Virus record (IMG/VR): IMGVR_UViG_2617270960_000003
Span: 1-45,189 of that record
DNA: 45,189 nt
DNA from: a virus
Lineage: Duplodnaviria; Heunggongvirae; Uroviricota; Caudoviricetes
Reading direction: 5' to 3' (one strand)
Made by a program: the position numbers and the translations under genes
The notes under the pieces: generated by a model
What the model saw: only the letters and a program-made list of their open reading frames with translations
Databases searched by the model: none
Told to the model about the DNA's origin: nothing
Part shown: positions 10,284 to 20,758 of the stretch, one piece after another
Layout of the letters: every line of letters begins with the position of its first letter
Position numbering within the stretch: the stretch's first letter is position 1

Positions 10284-12853
10284 CGTCCACCTCCGGAGAA
10301 CAGACCACCATCGCGCATCTGTGCCTGGATTTCATCACGGGCACCCTTGCGGGCCATGTCATACACCGCCTTCATCATCTGTGGACCTGGCAGACCATTC
10401 GTACCGTCGTTCTGAATCACCACGTGATTGTTCTGATTAAAATTAATGCCTTCGGCCCGCCGCATTTGCGCCGGACTTCCGGTGCCACCGACATAACCGC
10501 CGGTGGCATAGCCGCGCATCAACCGGTAGAGATTTCCCACGCCAATCCGGCTGGTTGCCTCCTTCGTGAAGACAAATTCACCACGGTGAACAATCCCCGC
10601 TGGCTCATATTTGCCGCCGGTTCCCGTAAATCCTCCGGTTGCAAAATGGAATTTCGCCGCAGCGGCCTGAATGGCTGTACCGCCTGACGCGGATGCGCCG
10701 CCACCAACAGCCCCGCCAATAGCGCTGCCGATACTCCCGACAATCCCCACCATTGCCTGCTTAAGCAGAATTTCTGTCATCATGGACAGCACGGAACGGG
10801 TGAAGCTGCGCCAGTTCTGTTCACTGCCGGTCAGCATCGCCGCCATATTCTGTGCAATACCATCAAAGGTCTGCGTGGCCGCGTTTTTAACCTGCGAAAA
10901 ACTGTCCGTCGCACTTTCCGCCCACTCGCCCCAGCCGGACTTCATCCCGGCCATCCAGCTTCCACGAAGCTGCTCCTCCGCAGACCAGGTGTTCTTCAGT
11001 GCCGATGTGGCCTTCGCCAGCGCAGCCGGATTATCACCGTACACCTCACGAAGGCGCTGCTCTTCCGACTCCCGCTGCGCCTGACGGTCGGTGAGGCCGC
11101 GGGCTTTTGCTCTGATTGCCGCCTGCTTCGCGCTTTGCTGCTGTTCAAACCGCGCCGCCTGCTGTGCCAGCTCATTCAGCCGCTTCTGGTGTTCAATCTT
11201 GTCTCCCAGCTCAGCCAGCTGGCGTTTGTACTCCAGCGTCTCTTTCTCATGAGCCAGCAGGGATTTTTCCTGCTCAGATAACTGCCGTTTCGTGGCGGCC
11301 TCTTTCAGGACCACATACTGATTTTCCGCTTTCCATAAATCACGGCGCTGCTGGCTGATTTTTTCATTCGCACCGCTGTGCTTCTCCAGCGTCCTGAGCT
11401 CAGTTTCAAGCGCCAGCAGGGCTGCATGCGCCTGGTCTTCCTGGCGCTCACCGGCAGACACCTTCACACCGGACGGCTTTTTCTGCGTCGACTCATAATC
11501 CTTTTTTGCCGACGCCATCAGCGTGTTGTAATCCGCCTGCAGGATTTTCCCGTCTTTCAGGGCCTTATTCAGCTCTTCCTGCCGGGCGGTATATTTCTCC
11601 AGTGGCGTCAGCAGGCGCTCATACGCCTTCTGCGCCTCTCCGGTATACTTCAGCTTTGACGACTCACGCTCAGCCCTGTCCCTTGCCGCCAGTTCACCGG
11701 CTTTTTCCATATCCGACTGCAGCGTTACCGCTGCCAGACCCAGACGGGCATTTTCCCGGTCATCCCATGCGCCCTGAAGGTTGGCACGAAAAGAGGCGGT
11801 TTTTCCCCGGCGCTGGCTCCGGCTCTGGTACCACTGCCATTTTTTATCCGCCTCATCAAATGCCTTCTGTGCACTGGCGAGCATATCCGCTGAGGACTCA
11901 GGACGACCGATATCCAGAATGGCATCCCACATCGATTTGAATGCCTTCCCTGTTTTATCCGCCCAGGTCTCCAGTGTTCCCATGTTTTCTTTCAGGCGAC
12001 GGGTCTGCTCATCAAAGCCTTTCGTGGCGATATCGTTCGCCGCCTGCAATGCCCCGGCCTCGTCTCCGGAACGCTGCAGCTGTGCAACATACGCAATCTG
12101 CTCTGCCGTCACGTTACGGAACTGGCGCGCCATCGCCATCAGTCCCGACGTCGGGTCAGTGGTCAGCTTCCCGAAGGCTTCAGCGACTTTATCCACCTCC
12201 ACACCGGATGCAGACGCAAAACGCGCGACACTCTGGTTGATGGCATCAAACTGTTCACCACCACGCACACCGGCATTCACCAGGGCTGCCAGTGACTCTC
12301 TCGCCTGGTTAAACGTCAGCCCTGCTGCCTGCCCGGCTCTTGAGAGAGTCAGCATACGATCGGCAGTCAGTCCGGACTGATTACCGGAAAGAACCAGGGT
12401 TTTATTAAACGCTGAAAGCGTGGAATCTCCCTGGTACCAGGCGTACACCAGCGCACCTGTCGCCACCGCCAGCGAGGTGACCCCGACCATCGGCAGGGTG
12501 ATCGCACCGGCGAGCCCCCTGAACATGGGGATCATCCCGCCGAAGGAGTCCTTCACCTGACCGCCCTGTTGCAGCAGGATCAGCCAGGGATTCTGACCAC
12601 CGGCAAGCTGCGTGGCGATATCCGTAAACTGTGCGGGCAGGGTTCGCATGGCCGCTTTATACTGCCCGACGGAAATCCCGGCTTTTTGTGCAGCCAGCGC
12701 CTGGCGGCTCAGGCCCTGTTCAACAGCACTGGCGGTTTTTCTGGCGTCGGTATCCAGACCTGAAAAATGACGCCTTACCCGGCTCATCTGCTCATCGAAA
12801 CGGACAGCATCCAGACTCAGGTCAATAACAAGATCACCAACCGGCTGGGACAT
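10280..12853 (-). CDS. H: tail tape measure protein H, 857 aa
   Basis: ORF track; near-collinear with lambda gpH (MSQPVGDLVIDLSLDAVRFDEQM... to ...DGGLFSGGGR). Confidence 0.9.
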   Translation of the reverse strand: MSQPVGDLVIDLSLDAVRFDEQMSRVRRHFSGLDTDARKTASAVEQGLSRQALAAQKAGISVGQYKAAMRTLPAQFTDIATQLAGGQNPWLILLQQGGQVKDSFGGMIPMFRGLAGAITLPMVGVTSLAVATGALVYAWYQGDSTLSAFNKTLVLSGNQSGLTADRMLTLSRAGQAAGLTFNQARESLAALVNAGVRGGEQFDAINQSVARFASASGVEVDKVAEAFGKLTTDPTSGLMAMARQFRNVTAEQIAYVAQLQRSGDEAGALQAANDIATKGFDEQTRRLKENMGTLETWADKTGKAFKSMWDAILDIGRPESSADMLASAQKAFDEADKKWQWYQSRSQRRGKTASFRANLQGAWDDRENARLGLAAVTLQSDMEKAGELAARDRAERESSKLKYTGEAQKAYERLLTPLEKYTARQEELNKALKDGKILQADYNTLMASAKKDYESTQKKPSGVKVSAGERQEDQAHAALLALETELRTLEKHSGANEKISQQRRDLWKAENQYVVLKEAATKRQLSEQEKSLLAHEKETLEYKRQLAELGDKIEHQKRLNELAQQAARFEQQQSAKQAAIRAKARGLTDRQAQRESEEQRLREVYGDNPAALAKATSALKNTWSAEEQLRGSWMAGMKSGWGEWAESATDSFSQVKNAATQTFDGIAQNMAAMLTGSEQNWRSFTRSVLSMMTEILLKQAMVGIVGSIGSAIGGAVGGGASASGGTAIQAAAAKFHFATGGFTGTGGKYEPAGIVHRGEFVFTKEATSRIGVGNLYRLMRGYATGGYVGGTGSPAQMRRAEGINFNQNNHVVIQNDGTNGLPGPQMMKAVYDMARKGARDEIQAQMRDGGLFSGGGR

Positions 12854-13705
12854 ATCTCACACCTCCCGGAATCCCCGCTGAAGCCATCATTAATGCGGCA
12901 TCATCCACCATGACATCCGCCACATCCGCAGACGATAAAATATCGCGCCCTCCGTCCCCACCGAACCGGACGCCTCCGGCAAGTCCTGCCGCTTTCTGCA
13001 TCAGCATTTTGTCCTCATCCGGCCTCTCCACCTGCTCTTCCTCATGCCGGGGGACAAGCAGACTGAAATCAGAGGGATGCATATCCGGATCGCAAAAAAA
13101 CAGGCTGAGTACAGCGTACGTCAGCCCGGAAAAATGCATATCCAGCTGGGTATCCTGAAAATAATGCGTGCGGTAAAAACGGTGCCAGTCGGCATATTCG
13201 GTGGATGTCATCCCGGCAAGCATGGCGCGCCAGTCGGGTCTCCCCATCTCACGCGCCAGTCTGAGGGCAAAGTTCAGCTCGCCGTCGAAGACTTTCCCGC
13301 AGAAAAATCATCATCAGTCAGCGTGTTATTTTTCGCCACTTCAGTAATATCAGTATCCGGACGAACAGCTTCGATCATCCCGGACAGGCACAACACCACG
13401 TCTTCCGCCCGGGCAATGGCATCGGCAGGCCAGGTGGTGAGCACTTCCTGCTCTATCTTCATCACGGCCTCATTCATTGACGGTGACTGCGTTTTCTGTG
13501 GATGGTTATGCCACAGGGACATCGCCACCAGAAACGCGCCGGTTCTGACGAGATCTTCCACGCTTACCTGCAGGTTGCCGCAGGATTCTGCCTGTTCTGC
13601 ACGCCGTTTCAGGAGGGCAAGATGCTCGATACGCTGCAGCGCAGACAATTCGGAAAGCGTGACAGACACACCGTTATATTCAAATTGTTCTGTTTTCAGA
13701 AACAT
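12834..13705 (-). CDS. tail assembly chaperone G-T fusion made by -1 programmed ribosomal frameshift
   Basis: G frame (13274..13705) and T frame (track ORF 12834..13247) are linked by slippery heptamer GGGAAAG near the G 3' end; -1 reading gives GKVFDGELNFALRLAREMGRPDWRAM... continuing into the T ORF. Confidence 0.75.
13274..13705 (-). CDS. G: tail assembly chaperone G, 143 aa
   Basis: ORF track; MFLKTEQFEYNGVSVTLSELSALQRIEHLALLKRRAEQAE matches lambda gpG. Confidence 0.85.
   Translation of the reverse strand: MFLKTEQFEYNGVSVTLSELSALQRIEHLALLKRRAEQAESCGNLQVSVEDLVRTGAFLVAMSLWHNHPQKTQSPSMNEAVMKIEQEVLTTWPADAIARAEDVVLCLSGMIEAVRPDTDITEVAKNNTLTDDDFSAGKSSTAS
13292..13298 (-). promoter_or_regulatory. 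-1 frameshift slippery site GGGAAAG (G to G-T)
   Basis: Plus-strand ctttccc at 13292-13298 is the reverse complement of G GGA AAG in the G frame, 6 codons before the G stop. Confidence 0.7.
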
Positions 13706-13718
13706 GTATTACCTCCGT

Positions 13719-14471
13719 TTACCCTGCAGCGCCCGCTTCAGTAACGGTGACTTCAGCCACTGCGGCGAACTGACCATTTCCGCTCACCACAGGGATCTGC
13801 ACCTTACCTGTCGCCACGCCGTTTACCGTAATTGTCATATCTTTCACACTAATGGTGGCTTTCGACGGATCGGCGGAAACCGCTCTGAACGTCTTGTCGG
13901 TTGCACTTTCCGGCTCAAAAGAAACCGTCAGGGTGGTTGTTTTCCCTTTTGCCACCGTACCGGATGTCGGCGTCACCTTAATCGCACTGACCGGCGTAAT
14001 TTTGCTGCGTTCTTCCGCTACAGAAGGTTTACCCACGTTAGTGACTTTCACCGTGCGGGTGATCACTTCTTTCGCCGTCACGGCCTTACCGATACTGCTG
14101 ACCCAGCCACGAAACACATCCACCGTGCCATTCGGAAAACGGATTTTATAGGCCCGGACATCGCCGCTTTCAAACCAGCCTATAAGCCCTTTCTGGCCTT
14201 CCTCTCCCGGTTTCCAGGCCAGCGTAAAACTGGTATCACCTGCAGATTTCTGCCCCTGCCCGGTCGCGGTCCAGTCCGCGTCTTCATCATCCAGGTAGTT
14301 ATCATCGTAGGATTCTGCCGTCATCTCGCCCGGCGTCAGATCCTTCACCTTAGCCAGTCGCTGCCAGTCATCGTCTGACAACGGGTTTGCATAAGCATCA
14401 CCCTTGCCGTTGTAAACCCACAGAGTGGTACCGGCACCTTTTACCGGCTCAAGGGGATTTGGTGTTGCCAT
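13719..14471 (-). CDS. V: major tail tube protein V with C-terminal Ig-like domain, 250 aa
   Basis: ORF track; collinear with lambda gpV ([10 protein letters not shown]...[14 protein letters not shown]...[28 protein letters not shown]). Confidence 0.9.
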   Translation of the reverse strand: MATPNPLEPVKGAGTTLWVYNGKGDAYANPLSDDDWQRLAKVKDLTPGEMTAESYDDNYLDDEDADWTATGQGQKSAGDTSFTLAWKPGEEGQKGLIGWFESGDVRAYKIRFPNGTVDVFRGWVSSIGKAVTAKEVITRTVKVTNVGKPSVAEERSKITPVSAIKVTPTSGTVAKGKTTTLTVSFEPESATDKTFRAVSADPSKATISVKDMTITVNGVATGKVQIPVVSGNGQFAAVAEVTVTEAGAAG

Positions 14472-14478
14472 ATCGTCC

Positions 14479-14874
14479 TCACATCTCGTATGTAATGGAA
14501 TAAGTCAGATCTGCAGAACTCCATAACGCCATATCGTCATCACGACGATACTCATAGCCCTGCGTAACCATCGTGGTAATCAGTCCTGCCAGTGCCGGGA
14601 TCGCGGTCATCGCCGGGTAAATCCGGCTTTCCATCCACTGATCAAGCTCTGAATCCGGTACCTGTGCCGGTAAAAACACCTCAATATGCAGCGTGGCCCG
14701 CCAGGTATCTGCATCCAGCTCTTCACCGGTATACTCTGCATCCGTCAGATAAACCGCGATCGCAGGAAAATCCTCTTCGTCAAAAACAACGGGGCGACCA
14801 TCAAACAGCGTCGCCCCGTGTTCATGCTGCTCGAGTGCATCCAGCACTGCGGCACGAATGTCAGTGTGTTTCAT
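14479..14874 (-). CDS. U: tail terminator protein U, 131 aa
   Basis: ORF track; [17 protein letters not shown]...LTYSITYEM matches lambda gpU. Confidence 0.9.
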   Translation of the reverse strand: MKHTDIRAAVLDALEQHEHGATLFDGRPVVFDEEDFPAIAVYLTDAEYTGEELDADTWRATLHIEVFLPAQVPDSELDQWMESRIYPAMTAIPALAGLITTMVTQGYEYRRDDDMALWSSADLTYSITYEM

Positions 14875-15404
14875 CGTTTTATTGCAATCCTCAGTTGTTG
14901 TTTCAGCGCGTATGCCAGTTCTTTAGGCAGGCGTTCACGCCGGATACGGTCAACATTCTCATCAAATGCCTGTTTCAGTGGGGCCGCCATCGGGATTTTC
15001 ACCACATCAATGGGGTAACGGTTTTTCCCGGCCACACGCTGCATGACATGCCAGCGACCATTTTTTAATCGCTGAATAAATGCCCGCTGATACCGATGCT
15101 GACCGGCTTTAAGTATGCTGTTCGGGCGACGCCCCAGCATCCTGATCCCCAGCTTAATCACAGGGAGATCACCGCGGTTAACGATAATTTTGGCATTCGG
15201 ATTTCTGACCGTCGCCCGTTTCAGTCTGGACCGTTCCTTAACCAGTTTCCGGCGAACCTTTGTCTCCCGGGCAACCTGTGATGAAGACTGATTAATCGCC
15301 GTTGTGGCCACGCGGTTAATGGCCATTGCTGAAGCCGCCGGAATGGCGTTTTTACGAACCCGGCTCAGATTGTCAATCGCCTGATCAAGCCCTTTTATCG
15401 CCAT
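14871..15404 (-). CDS. Z: tail completion protein Z, 177 aa
   Basis: ORF track; MAIKGLDQAIDNLSR...FIQRLKNGRWHVMQRVAGKNRYPIDVVKIPMA matches lambda gpZ; ATGA overlap with U. Confidence 0.85.
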   Translation of the reverse strand: MAIKGLDQAIDNLSRVRKNAIPAASAMAINRVATTAINQSSSQVARETKVRRKLVKERSRLKRATVRNPNAKIIVNRGDLPVIKLGIRMLGRRPNSILKAGQHRYQRAFIQRLKNGRWHVMQRVAGKNRYPIDVVKIPMAAPLKQAFDENVDRIRRERLPKELAYALKQQLRIAIKR

Positions 15405-15419
15405 AATTTCACCCTGCGT

Positions 15420-15773
15420 TTATCGTCGCCGGTTAACTGCGGGTGGTTGACCACGGTTGAGCCAGAGATAACAGCTGCCCCCGTCATCCGGAGAAACACG
15501 ATCCACCCAGAATATCTCACCATTAATGGTCAGCGTGTCACCACGCCGCACGGCACGAACCGTATCCGTCCGCACAAATAATGACGGGCTGCTTCCTTCA
15601 ATACGGACCCCGCCACCGGCAAACCCCAGCGACTCCGGATCGTCAAAAACCCCCTGAACTTCGCTGCCACACTGTGCCCCCGAGGTGAACTGCGCACAGA
15701 GCCCCATCACTTCAACGATCGTACTGTCTACCCCGGCGAGGGCAGCATCAAAGGCATTCTGAAAATCACGCAT
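15420..15773 (-). CDS. FII: head-tail connector protein FII, 117 aa
   Basis: ORF track; C-terminal ...FWVDRVSPDDGGSC.LWL.RG.PPAVNRRR matches lambda gpFII. Confidence 0.85.
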   Translation of the reverse strand: MRDFQNAFDAALAGVDSTIVEVMGLCAQFTSGAQCGSEVQGVFDDPESLGFAGGGVRIEGSSPSLFVRTDTVRAVRRGDTLTINGEIFWVDRVSPDDGGSCYLWLNRGQPPAVNRRR

Positions 15774-16149
15774 ATTCAGCCGTTCCGTGCTGTATCATGG
15801 CCGTTGCCAGTGATGATGGCACCAGAACACGCATACCCCGTAACGCCAGCTCAACGGGACGACCTGTCTCCGGGCAATACCCCATTACTTGCAGGCACTT
15901 CCGTACCCGGACGGCTTTAACATCATCCGGAGCATCCGTGTTGTTCAACTGCTCACCATCGTCTGTGTGATTTTGATCAGCCCCGCTCTCATCAGAGTGC
16001 ATAATGCCCTCCGGGGAAACAGCAAGCTCCTCTTCCCACTCAGACACACGTTGAGCAATATCCGCAGCACTCCCCGACATATCCGCCTCGCGCCCCAGCA
16101 GGCCAGCCAGTTGACGAAGACGATTCAGATTTTCTTCTTTTGTTGCCAT
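15766..16149 (-). CDS. FI: DNA packaging protein FI, 127 aa from internal ATG
   Basis: AGGAGG 7 nt upstream of ATG at 16147-16149 (MATKEENLNRLRQLAGLL...); track ORF extends 16 codons further without a ribosome-binding site; position between E and FII. Confidence 0.7.
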   Translation of the reverse strand: MATKEENLNRLRQLAGLLGREADMSGSAADIAQRVSEWEEELAVSPEGIMHSDESGADQNHTDDGEQLNNTDAPDDVKAVRVRKCLQVMGYCPETGRPVELALRGMRVLVPSSLATAMIQHGTAEYA

Positions 16150-16200
16150 CTCAGCCTCCTGTGAAAAAAGACACGGGGGCATTTCGCCCCCGCTCACGGA

Positions 16201-17229
16201 TTATTTCACCTGTACCACCACAAACTCATCCGGATCCGGCAGCACCATCAGCGGAGCGGACTGCGTCATGGTGAATTCACAGGACGGATCGCCCACGGTC
16301 AGCCAGTGTTTCGGGTAACGGGAAGAAGCCACCACTCCTTCAGACAACGCCTGTGCATCCTTAATGGCACCATAGCAACGAATCCCCTCTGCCGCCGTAT
16401 TCCCCAGCACCAGCATGCCCTCCGGCAGATAACGTTTTTCGGTACCGTCCTCTGCCACATAAGACGTTTTCGCCACCACAATGGCCAGATCGCCGTAATA
16501 CCCCTTGAAGGACACCACTGCGCCCAGATCTTTCACTGCCGTTTCGAGTTGTGAATTTGAGCCGCGACGGGTATCCAGTTTTTCGCGGAACAGCTTAAAG
16601 CCATTCAGCAGACGCCAGACCGTACCGTCCATAATGGCGATATTCACAAGGCCGCTGGCCTGATCGCAGTAGAGGTCAATATCATGCGTCGGATCAAACG
16701 TATCACGGTCCTGCTCAGACCATTTTTTACCGTCAGCCTGCTCAATGTTATTTCCTTCAGAGCGCCCGAAATCCACCTCGACAGTATCAAACTGATCCCC
16801 TTCCATGGTGTATTTGCCATACAGCACGGCATTCACCGCCTGCATTTCTTCCACCTGGACAATGGCGTGCTCTTCCTGTTTGAGGTTATCGGTAATGATA
16901 CGCAGACGACGGTAGGCCGGGTCGTTCAGCTGAGCCGGATCTTCACCAGGAAGGCGCTCAACCGCCTGCTGGTAATTAAATTCGTGTTTCGGCTTGACGT
17001 AGCCCGGACGCAACACGCGGGTTTCACCACCACGATGGCGCAGCACTTTTCCTTCAACGATCGGGGAGACATAGGCCGCCACCGGCGTTTTTCCGGTAAT
17101 TTTGTCCAGCATCACCTCTTCGGTGTGGAAATTCACCGTACGGCGGAAAAACAGCTCCAGAAATAGCGCACGGAATTTAACTTTTTGTTCGGTATAACCG
17201 AGTAACTGGCGGGTCGTAAACAATCCCAT
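16201..17229 (-). CDS. E: major capsid protein E, 342 aa
   Basis: ORF track; collinear with lambda gpE (...YVSPIVEGKVLRHRGGETRV...KLDTRRGSNS.LETAVKDLG...). Confidence 0.9.
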   Translation of the reverse strand: MGLFTTRQLLGYTEQKVKFRALFLELFFRRTVNFHTEEVMLDKITGKTPVAAYVSPIVEGKVLRHRGGETRVLRPGYVKPKHEFNYQQAVERLPGEDPAQLNDPAYRRLRIITDNLKQEEHAIVQVEEMQAVNAVLYGKYTMEGDQFDTVEVDFGRSEGNNIEQADGKKWSEQDRDTFDPTHDIDLYCDQASGLVNIAIMDGTVWRLLNGFKLFREKLDTRRGSNSQLETAVKDLGAVVSFKGYYGDLAIVVAKTSYVAEDGTEKRYLPEGMLVLGNTAAEGIRCYGAIKDAQALSEGVVASSRYPKHWLTVGDPSCEFTMTQSAPLMVLPDPDEFVVVQVK

Positions 17230-17286
17230 AAATCAGTTCCTTTCATTCAGAAATCAGTCAGGCCACCATGGTGGCCTGATAACGTG

Positions 17287-17634
17287 TTACGGCAGAGCCG
17301 CGTGACTCAGGGCTGTGCCGGCAAAGGCATTTGCCTTTTTGTGTTCATCCACACTGTCAGGCCAGCGGATTGCCTCCGTCGCAAAGGTCCCCGACTTGTA
17401 ATAGGTCAGCACCGTCTCTGTGCCTTCAAGCGGCAGTACCAGTATGCCAACCGCACTACCGGCTTTCTGTCCATCCCAGACCACCAGTTTCCCGGTGGCT
17501 TCATCCAGCATCAGGGGCGTCAGAGCCGGTGTTGCAGAAGAAATCCCGCTGCTGCCTGTGGCGGTATGAGCCGGATCATTACCAGCAAAAATACGTACTT
17601 CCGCACGCTGTTCAGTGATGGTTTTCGTCACCAT
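17287..17634 (-). CDS. D: head decoration protein D, 115 aa
   Basis: ORF track; ...GNDPAHTATGSSG...PLMLD...KLV.WDG...AVGIL... matches lambda gpD. Confidence 0.85.
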   Translation of the reverse strand: MVTKTITEQRAEVRIFAGNDPAHTATGSSGISSATPALTPLMLDEATGKLVVWDGQKAGSAVGILVLPLEGTETVLTYYKSGTFATEAIRWPDSVDEHKKANAFAGTALSHAALP

Positions 17635-17670
17635 TTTGTTAAAACCTCATATTGATGGTCAGCACTGACT

Positions 17671-19176
17671 TCATGGCATGGCCATGAGCATTTTCACGTC
17701 CGCATCACCGTCTGCTGACGTCTGTGACACGCCACCCCGCACCGCTGCCGGTGAATGATTCGCCATGAAATGTTCAAACAGGGCGGTTGTGGATGCAGAG
17801 ACCGGTTCGGCCTTACCTGATCCCGCAGCCAGCACAGCCCGGGCGTTCTCCACGGTCATTCCCGGGCAGGCCGCCAGTTTTTCAGCCTGCGCTTCTGCCC
17901 CTTTTGCCTCATCCAGGGCCATGATCTGATCACGAAGTGAGGGCCCGGCATTCGCCTGCGGTGAGGCAGCCAAGATCGGGCGGGCTTTTTCCACCGTCAT
18001 CTCCGGCATCGCCGCCAGCGTTGCCGCCAGTTGTTCACGACCTTTCGCTTCTTCACACGCCATAATGCGATCGGCTTCACTCTGCGCGGATGCCACCGGC
18101 TGCTGTGGTGCCGCCGCGGCCAGAATCGCCCGGGCCTGTTCAATGCTCATGCCCTGTTGTCCTGCCAGCATCGTGGCAAGCTGTTCACGTCCTTTCGCTT
18201 CCTGACACGTCAGGATCCCCATCACTCGCTGGTTCTCCTGCGCGGCAGCTTCCGTTGCAGTTAATTGCGGCATAGTGCCTCCTGTATCATGAGTTTTCAG
18301 CGCCGCAGCCATCACGCTGATGGCATCCGACGCATTGATTAATTCATCCGCCAGTCCGGCCTTAATAGCGGACTGACCTTCAAAAACGGCAGCCTCTGTC
18401 CCCGTGACAGCTTCCACAGACAGCCCCGTATACATCGCCACTTTTTCGGCAAACATCCGGTGCGCCGCATCAACCCGCTGCTGCATGTCCTGACGCACCT
18501 CTGCCGGTAAGGCTTCAAACTGATTGCCATCCACCTTGTGCGCCCCGGCATAAATCAGCGTGATATCCACCCCGGCCTGCGCCAGATGACCGGCATAGCT
18601 GACATGGCTCATCATCACGCCAATGGAGCCGATACGGGATGTCTGGGTAACCAGCCGTCGGGAGCAGGCCGACGCCAGCAGCATGGCTGCAGAACAGGCC
18701 GTGTCATTGCACAGTGCCCAGACCGGCTTCTGCTGACGGAGGCGGTAAATCATGTCAGCGCAGTCAAACGCGCCGGCGGCCTGCCCGCCCGGACTGTCAA
18801 TGTCCAGCAGTACGCCCCGCACCTGGCTATCTGCCATTGCCTGCTGAAGACAGGCGACAATGCCGTCATAGCCTGTCATTCCGGAAAATGGCCGCATACC
18901 GCCCAGCCGGTGCACCAGCGTGCCGGTCACCGGCAGTACAGCAATACCGTTCACCACCCGGTAAACACGGGCCGGTCGTTTACCTCCGGCCATGTACTCG
19001 TCCGTTTCAGCCAGCATTCCGGGAGCATCAAGCTGTACCTGTTGTTGTGGTACCGAAAGACTTGCTGCCCCCATCTCGCGCCCGAGCGCGCAAAAGAAAA
19101 CCCGCGCATAGGCGGGCTCCAGAAGCAGCGGTTCATTGAATGCTGCGGCAATAATGTGTGAAAGATTACGTCTCAC
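17671..19176 (-). CDS. C: head maturation protease C (S49/ClpP-like), with nested scaffold (Nu3-like) C-terminal region, 501 aa
   Basis: ORF track; ...AFNEPLLLEPAYARVFFCAL... and ...GIAVLPV.GTLV...SGMTGY.GI...PGG...GAFDCAD.I matches lambda gpC; C-terminal region holds three ~35-aa repeats. Confidence 0.85.
   Translation of the reverse strand: MRRNLSHIIAAAFNEPLLLEPAYARVFFCALGREMGAASLSVPQQQVQLDAPGMLAETDEYMAGGKRPARVYRVVNGIAVLPVTGTLVHRLGGMRPFSGMTGYDGIVACLQQAMADSQVRGVLLDIDSPGGQAAGAFDCADMIYRLRQQKPVWALCNDTACSAAMLLASACSRRLVTQTSRIGSIGVMMSHVSYAGHLAQAGVDITLIYAGAHKVDGNQFEALPAEVRQDMQQRVDAAHRMFAEKVAMYTGLSVEAVTGTEAAVFEGQSAIKAGLADELINASDAISVMAAALKTHDTGGTMPQLTATEAAAQENQRVMGILTCQEAKGREQLATMLAGQQGMSIEQARAILAAAAPQQPVASAQSEADRIMACEEAKGREQLAATLAAMPEMTVEKARPILAASPQANAGPSLRDQIMALDEAKGAEAQAEKLAACPGMTVENARAVLAAGSGKAEPVSASTTALFEHFMANHSPAAVRGGVSQTSADGDADVKMLMAMP
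17820..18225 (-). repeat. three in-frame ~100-bp repeat modules in the C/Nu3 scaffold region
   Basis: Protein repeats QEAKGREQLATMLAGQQGMSIEQARAILAAA / EEAKGREQLAATLAAMPEMTVEKARPILAAS / DEAKGAEAQAEKLAACPGMTVENARAVLAAG; coordinates derived from residue positions. Confidence 0.6.
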
Positions 19177-20758
19177 GTGGTGTTGTCTCCTCTTCCGGCC
19201 TGCGACTCTCCGCTATCTGCTGCTGATACGCCTGCGCTATCCACACCGGGCGTGAGAGTCCGGCTTTTTCCCGCTCTGCAGATTCCCTGACCTGCTGGCG
19301 GAAAATGTCCTGATAATCCTCGCCCATCAGCGCCAGCTCTTTCTCATACGTGCTCAGTCCGGCCTCAATGCGCATCACTGATTCCTGAACCTCCTTGAGC
19401 CCGTCAATGGCCATTCTTCCGGCTCCAATCCACTCAGCCCGTGACCAGGCTGATCGCGCCTGATAAAAATCAAACCGTGCCCGTGGCGGACGAATAATCC
19501 CCCGAAGAAGTGCCTCTTCCAGCCAGCAGGAAAACATCTGCGTGGCCAGCCGGGACGCAATAAATTTTCGCCGCCCCATAAAATAGCGCCACGACTCATT
19601 GGCGGATGCGCGGGCACTTGAGTAACTGACCTTCGAGTAATCACGGGACAACTGTTCGTAGGAAACGCCAAGACCGGCGGCGATATACCGCAGCAGCGCC
19701 TGTTCAAGCGCCGAAAATCCATTGTCTGAATCCTGCGCGGTCTGAAGTTTCAGATCATCACCGGGGAAAAGGTGCGGAATTTTGACACCGCCCAGCGTCA
19801 CGCTATTCGTGTCATACCAGGTGGAGAACTTATCCAGAATATTAATAAGCGGATTATCCTTCTGCCCCTGCGGCGCACCGGCGATATATTCAAAGGCCTT
19901 TTCGGTATCAAGGTCACTTTCAATCGTCGCTGCATACATCGCCTTCACTATGGCCGACTGAAGCTGTGTTGCCTGCAGGGAATCCAGCATCTTCAGCCGT
20001 TCCATAACGCTGTAAAACTGATTGGCTCCACGGGTCTGCCCGTCCTCCACCGGCTCGAAAATATGCAGCATGGCCGGACGCCCGGTGGGTAGTTCACGCG
20101 GGATCCGTTCCCATCGTCCACTCCCGGAGCGAGGAAAATCATCCTCACAGATATGGTACGCAACGGCACGGCCATATCGATCAACCTCCACACCGGCCCG
20201 CAGAAAACGGTTCCCGATACCGTGTCCTGGCGTGTCCACCCGTTTCGGACTCACGGCTTTAAAACGCGTACGAAACAGTTGCGTACTCTCCGTATCCCAG
20301 ACCGGCTGCACAAAGATTTCGCCGTTAAACGCATGAACGCCCACACCTTCACGGATAAATTCCGTAAACGTGCGTTTCCCTTCCACGTCGATCTCACCAA
20401 ACATCCCTTCTGCGTATTCTGACCAGGCCGCCTCCACCTCATCGACAAAACTTTTTGCCGCGGTCTCCCGCATCCCCAGCCAGCGCCAGTTCGGACGGTA
20501 GCTAATCAGAAACATATGCCCGACAATGTGATCCTTATGCAGGGCCACCGCATTGGCCGCTATTCCGTTATTGCGCACCAGATCATCTGCACGGGCATTC
20601 CCCAGACGCAACGCGGGCAGCAGGGCCGCATCGGCACTCTGCGAGGGTGGCAACCACTCTGCCATTTGCCCGCCAAATCCTGCACCGCCACCGTTGTAGC
20701 TGAGGCTCTCCCGAAGCGGAACGCCGTTCACATCAATCAGGACAGGCGTTCGTTTCAT
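19166..20758 (-). CDS. B: portal protein B, 530 aa
   Basis: ORF track; long collinear identity to lambda gpB (...FEPVEDGQTRGANQFYSVMERLKMLD...LQSAIVKAMYAATIES...). Confidence 0.9.
   Translation of the reverse strand: MKRTPVLIDVNGVPLRESLSYNGGGAGFGGQMAEWLPPSQSADAALLPALRLGNARADDLVRNNGIAANAVALHKDHIVGHMFLISYRPNWRWLGMRETAAKSFVDEVEAAWSEYAEGMFGEIDVEGKRTFTEFIREGVGVHAFNGEIFVQPVWDTESTQLFRTRFKAVSPKRVDTPGHGIGNRFLRAGVEVDRYGRAVAYHICEDDFPRSGSGRWERIPRELPTGRPAMLHIFEPVEDGQTRGANQFYSVMERLKMLDSLQATQLQSAIVKAMYAATIESDLDTEKAFEYIAGAPQGQKDNPLINILDKFSTWYDTNSVTLGGVKIPHLFPGDDLKLQTAQDSDNGFSALEQALLRYIAAGLGVSYEQLSRDYSKVSYSSARASANESWRYFMGRRKFIASRLATQMFSCWLEEALLRGIIRPPRARFDFYQARSAWSRAEWIGAGRMAIDGLKEVQESVMRIEAGLSTYEKELALMGEDYQDIFRQQVRESAEREKAGLSRPVWIAQAYQQQIAESRRPEEETTPRET

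Noticed and set aside
13044-14378. 444-aa plus-strand ORF across G and V
   Set aside because: Antisense to G and V, which have strong lambda homology; typical spurious ORF in GC-rich DNA.
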